Virus record (IMG/VR): IMGVR_UViG_3300031656_000001
Length of the DNA stretch: 64,000 bases
Source: a virus
Strand: one strand, 5' to 3'
How positions within the stretch are numbered: position 1 is the first letter of the stretch; every line of letters starts with the position of its first letter. The position numbers and the translations under genes were made by a program. Positions 61,023 to 64,000 of this stretch are shown one piece after another. A model generated the notes under the pieces. That model was not told where the DNA came from. It worked only from the letters and a program-made list of their open reading frames with translations, and searched no databases.

Positions 61023-63083
61023 TTATTTGTTAAATCTCTTTTTGAATGCTTCAGCCATTTCTGTAACATCGTAACCGATGGTAGATTTAGGCGCTTCATC
61101 CTTAGATTCTGTTACCATTGCAACTTTTTCCATTTCAACTTTAGTATCTCTTAAGTCTCTAGTTTGCCAGAAATTAGCAACTTGGTATTCAGTTTTTAAT
61201 GAGTGGTATTTAGCTTGTGCTGTTATTTGATTCTGTTTAGATTCAGATAAGTTTTCCCATGCTGCGCTGTATTCCGCTGGCATTGCAGTAATAAACAATG
61301 GTTGTGCACCTTTGTTTTCAACAATAAGCTCTGCGTTATTCATTAATGATGAGATTTCAGATTCAGTCATAAAGCCTCTTTGAGAAACTGTATTTCTAAC
61401 TTCTGTTTTAGCTGATTCATTTAATGCGTTATACTTTTCTCTTGTCGTAGATGATACAACTCTAAAGAATGAAGGATTTTCATTTTCTTTTGCTGTAGCA
61501 TTTTCTACTAATTTATCTAATTTAGATGAGATTTCGCTTTTGTAAGATTCTAATGGATCTAATGCTCCTTCTTCACCTTCAGTTTCTTCTTCACCTTCAC
61601 CAGCTTTAGCTGCTTTGGTTTCTGCTTCAATTTCTGAATCAGATTTAATTGCGTCAGATTCTAAATCTTCAGCGTCTTCTCCATTTACTTCACCTTTAGT
61701 ATCACCTTCTTTTGAATTATCTCCTGCTTCAACTTCTTCACCTTCGATTTCTTCAACTTCTTTACCAGCTTTATCAGAATCAGCAGCTACTGCGCCTTCT
61801 TCAGAATTATCACCGATGTTTTCGATTTCTTCAGTTTCTTCAGCTTCGTCAGCGTCTTTTGCAGGAGCTTCAGCTTCTGCTACTTCTTTAGCAACTTCTT
61901 CACCTTCAACTTTATCAGCTGCTTCAACTTCTTCCTCTTCAGTTTCTTCAGCTTCAGCGTTAACTGGTACTTCAATAACTGTTTCGTTTAATGATTCTGC
62001 AATATACTCTGCATATTCAGAAACTGATTGTAAGTTTTCTTTTAAGTATTCAACATACTCTAATAAAGATTCGTGAGAAGTACTTCCTTCGTTATGTGCT
62101 TCTGCTAAATAATTAGCGAAGTCTTTAACTTTAGAAACTGCTTCAGCAACATGCTCTGTATAAGAGATATTGTTATCTAATGTTTCTGCTAAAGATTCAG
62201 CATATGAAATACTTTGATCTGTTTTCTCAGCAACATGTTCAGAATATTGAATGTTATCGTCTAATTTACCAGCGATGTATTCTACGTATTCTGTTAATTG
62301 ATTAACGTTTTCTACAACGTGATCACTATGATCTTTCAAGTTTTGTACTGTTTTATCTTCTGAAACTTCTTCATTTTTAGTTTCGATAGATTCTTTTAAT
62401 GTCTTGATCTCATTCGCCAAATACTCAGAGTACTTATTGAAATCCTCGGATTTTACAAATTCTGCCATGTTTTTATTTTCTTTTATTTGTGTGTTTGTGT
62501 TTTTAATAGGTTGGTTATCAATAGCTTCTGTGCCATTCATTTCGTAAATTGCTAAATTTCCTGCGTTTGAATAACCATACGTTTCGTTAACTCTCTTTAA
62601 CTCTGCGTTTTCAAAACCTGGATCAGCAACTAGATCATAAGTAAATAATTGTTTAATCTTTACTTGTCCGTTAGATTCAACTGCACCTGCAGCTCTAGAT
62701 GAAATCTGTAAAGGAACACCAGCATCTACTAAAGCTTTAGCTTGTCTTCCAGCGTCTGTATCTAATAATTTGATACGTCCTCTTACTTCTTTACTATCTT
62801 TGTCATATACAAGTTCTTCAATGATATGTGATACATTCTTTAAAGAAATGTCAAATTGTGCAGGATGATCTAATTCGCCCAATAACTTACTAGCTTTAAT
62901 TTTAGCTTGTAATGCTTCAATTTGTGGAACATACTCCGACTCAGTGTATATACGGTTGTTTTTGTTTTTTTGATCGATTTGACCAAAAATACCTTCAAGA
63001 ATGTAATCTTTGTTCTCTGAAGTTGTTACACTTAGAGCTGATGAAGACATCTCGACGATTAATAAATCGTTAGTATTTTTCAT
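61023..63083 (-). CDS. prohead protease (gp21) fused to an acidic scaffold (gp22-like)
   Basis: NKNNRIY, GELDHP, VSHII, ISSRAAG, DLVADPGF, followed by about 480 aa of acidic coiled coil. Confidence 0.88.
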   Translation of the reverse strand: MKNTNDLLIVEMSSSALSVTTSENKDYILEGIFGQIDQKNKNNRIYTESEYVPQIEALQAKIKASKLLGELDHPAQFDISLKNVSHIIEELVYDKDSKEVRGRIKLLDTDAGRQAKALVDAGVPLQISSRAAGAVESNGQVKIKQLFTYDLVADPGFENAELKRVNETYGYSNAGNLAIYEMNGTEAIDNQPIKNTNTQIKENKNMAEFVKSEDFNKYSEYLANEIKTLKESIETKNEEVSEDKTVQNLKDHSDHVVENVNQLTEYVEYIAGKLDDNIQYSEHVAEKTDQSISYAESLAETLDNNISYTEHVAEAVSKVKDFANYLAEAHNEGSTSHESLLEYVEYLKENLQSVSEYAEYIAESLNETVIEVPVNAEAEETEEEEVEAADKVEGEEVAKEVAEAEAPAKDADEAEETEEIENIGDNSEEGAVAADSDKAGKEVEEIEGEEVEAGDNSKEGDTKGEVNGEDAEDLESDAIKSDSEIEAETKAAKAGEGEEETEGEEGALDPLESYKSEISSKLDKLVENATAKENENPSFFRVVSSTTREKYNALNESAKTEVRNTVSQRGFMTESEISSLMNNAELIVENKGAQPLFITAMPAEYSAAWENLSESKQNQITAQAKYHSLKTEYQVANFWQTRDLRDTKVEMEKVAMVTESKDEAPKSTIGYDVTEMAEAFKKRFNK

Positions 63084-63139
63084 AATGTTTTATTTTTCTA
63101 TTTTTAATATATATCATACTTTATTATCTAAATATCTTA

Positions 63140-63478
63140 TTACAATCCTGCTAATGGATCCTCTTCATCCTCTTCGCCTTCTCCGCCTTCCTTTTCAGCT
63201 TCTTTTTCAGCTTCTAGTTCTTCTGCAGCTATATCATTGTATATCTTAACTAATTGGTCAATTTCACCTTCTGCGAAAGCGTTTTCACCATAACTATCAT
63301 AAAAATATTGTTTAAATTCATCGTCAGTCATTGATGCTGTTACAGCTCCTAAAATCTCTGCAGATTTTATAGTAGAACCTGAATCTAATTTAATATCGTC
63401 AATAATTATCTTGGAATCTTCTCCGGCTCTCATTGCATCTTCTGTAATGAAGTCTTCAAATGTTTTAATAATTTTCAT
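63140..63478 (-). CDS. acidic prohead core/internal protein
   Basis: MKIIKTFEDFITE; between portal and protease like T4 gp67/68. Confidence 0.6.
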   Translation of the reverse strand: MKIIKTFEDFITEDAMRAGEDSKIIIDDIKLDSGSTIKSAEILGAVTASMTDDEFKQYFYDSYGENAFAEGEIDQLVKIYNDIAAEELEAEKEAEKEGGEGEEDEEDPLAGL

Positions 63479-63505
63479 AATCTATATATCTTTTTTAATA
63501 GTGTG

Positions 63506-64000
63506 TTACATTGCGAATGGATCTTCAGCCTCTGGCTCTTCAGCAGTCGTTTTCTTTAATTTAGATTTGGCTGCTTCATTACCTCTAATTTCATCATCAC
63601 TTAATTTAAGATATTTCTTAACTAAGTATTCTTGATCGAAGTAATATTCTTCTTCCATTGTTTCTTGATTTGTTGTCATTAATGAGTCTCTCATTGTAGC
63701 AATAAAGTCTAAACGTTTCTCCATTAATTCCATGTCTTTTAATTCTGAGAATACATTTTCTTCATTAAATCGTAATGCGACTTGTGATTTGAATTGTGGA
63801 TCGTTTGTGAATTCAGGATATTTAAGACACATTTGAATAAACAAAGGCTTAGATAAAATTTCCATGAATGTAGATCTTAAACGTTTGATAAATTTACCAA
63901 ACTTAATTTCATCTCTAATCATACCATCAGCAGCAAGATTGAAATCTCCACCACCATCTTCATATAAGAATCTAGAGTAAGGTATTTTTGAAACGTGTTT
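63506..64000 (-). CDS. portal protein (gp20-like), C-terminal part; gene runs off the window
   Basis: KIPYSRF...RDEIKFGKFIKRLR...F.E.K..E..EKR. Confidence 0.9.
   Translation of the reverse strand, partial: KHVSKIPYSRFLYEDGGGDFNLAADGMIRDEIKFGKFIKRLRSTFMEILSKPLFIQMCLKYPEFTNDPQFKSQVALRFNEENVFSELKDMELMEKRLDFIATMRDSLMTTNQETMEEEYYFDQEYLVKKYLKLSDDEIRGNEAAKSKLKKTTAEEPEAEDPFAM

Noticed and set aside
531-63635. Numerous plus-strand ORFs in the track
   Set aside because: Antisense shadows of real minus-strand genes with no recognisable motifs; only 57317-57826 fills a true gap
1-64000. Stop-codon reassignment
   Set aside because: Core genes are intact under code 11; TAG and TGA end genes that are followed directly by new starts; no suppressor tRNA

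Overview
A low-GC 64-kb segment of a large T4-like myophage genome, most likely infecting Bacteroidota. The host call rests on A-rich start contexts without Shine-Dalgarno sequences, TAnnTTTG-like promoters and a Bacteroidota-type histone-H1-like gene. Nearly all genes are on the minus strand. The right third (40.4-64 kb) is the T4-like core: portal C-terminus, fused prohead protease-scaffold, major capsid, clamp loader, RNase H, neck, terminase, sheath, tube, tail chaperone and tape measure. The left two-thirds is an accessory region with a lysis cassette, DNA ligase, an ECF sigma factor, 16 tRNAs and an RNA-repair toolkit (Rnl1- and Rnl2-type ligases, kinase, phosphoesterases, SPFH, YqeY, KTSC, an AEP-like protein). 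The most striking signal is a DUF2828 (Ro60/TROVE-like helical + vWA) gene together with four ncRNAs. These share a covarying AGGnnnn/nnnnCCTG terminal stem and an invariant CAGCAA motif but carry different cargoes, including a circularly permuted tRNA-Leu mimic. I interpret this as a candidate new Y-RNA-like RNP family. The window also shows anticodon-less tRNA mimics, several other structured RNAs, three distinct promoter classes (early, ECF-type middle, late), boxA-like leaders, a probable +1 frameshift in the tail chaperone and T4-like capsid-targeting peptides. All family calls come from reading motifs by eye; no database search was run.
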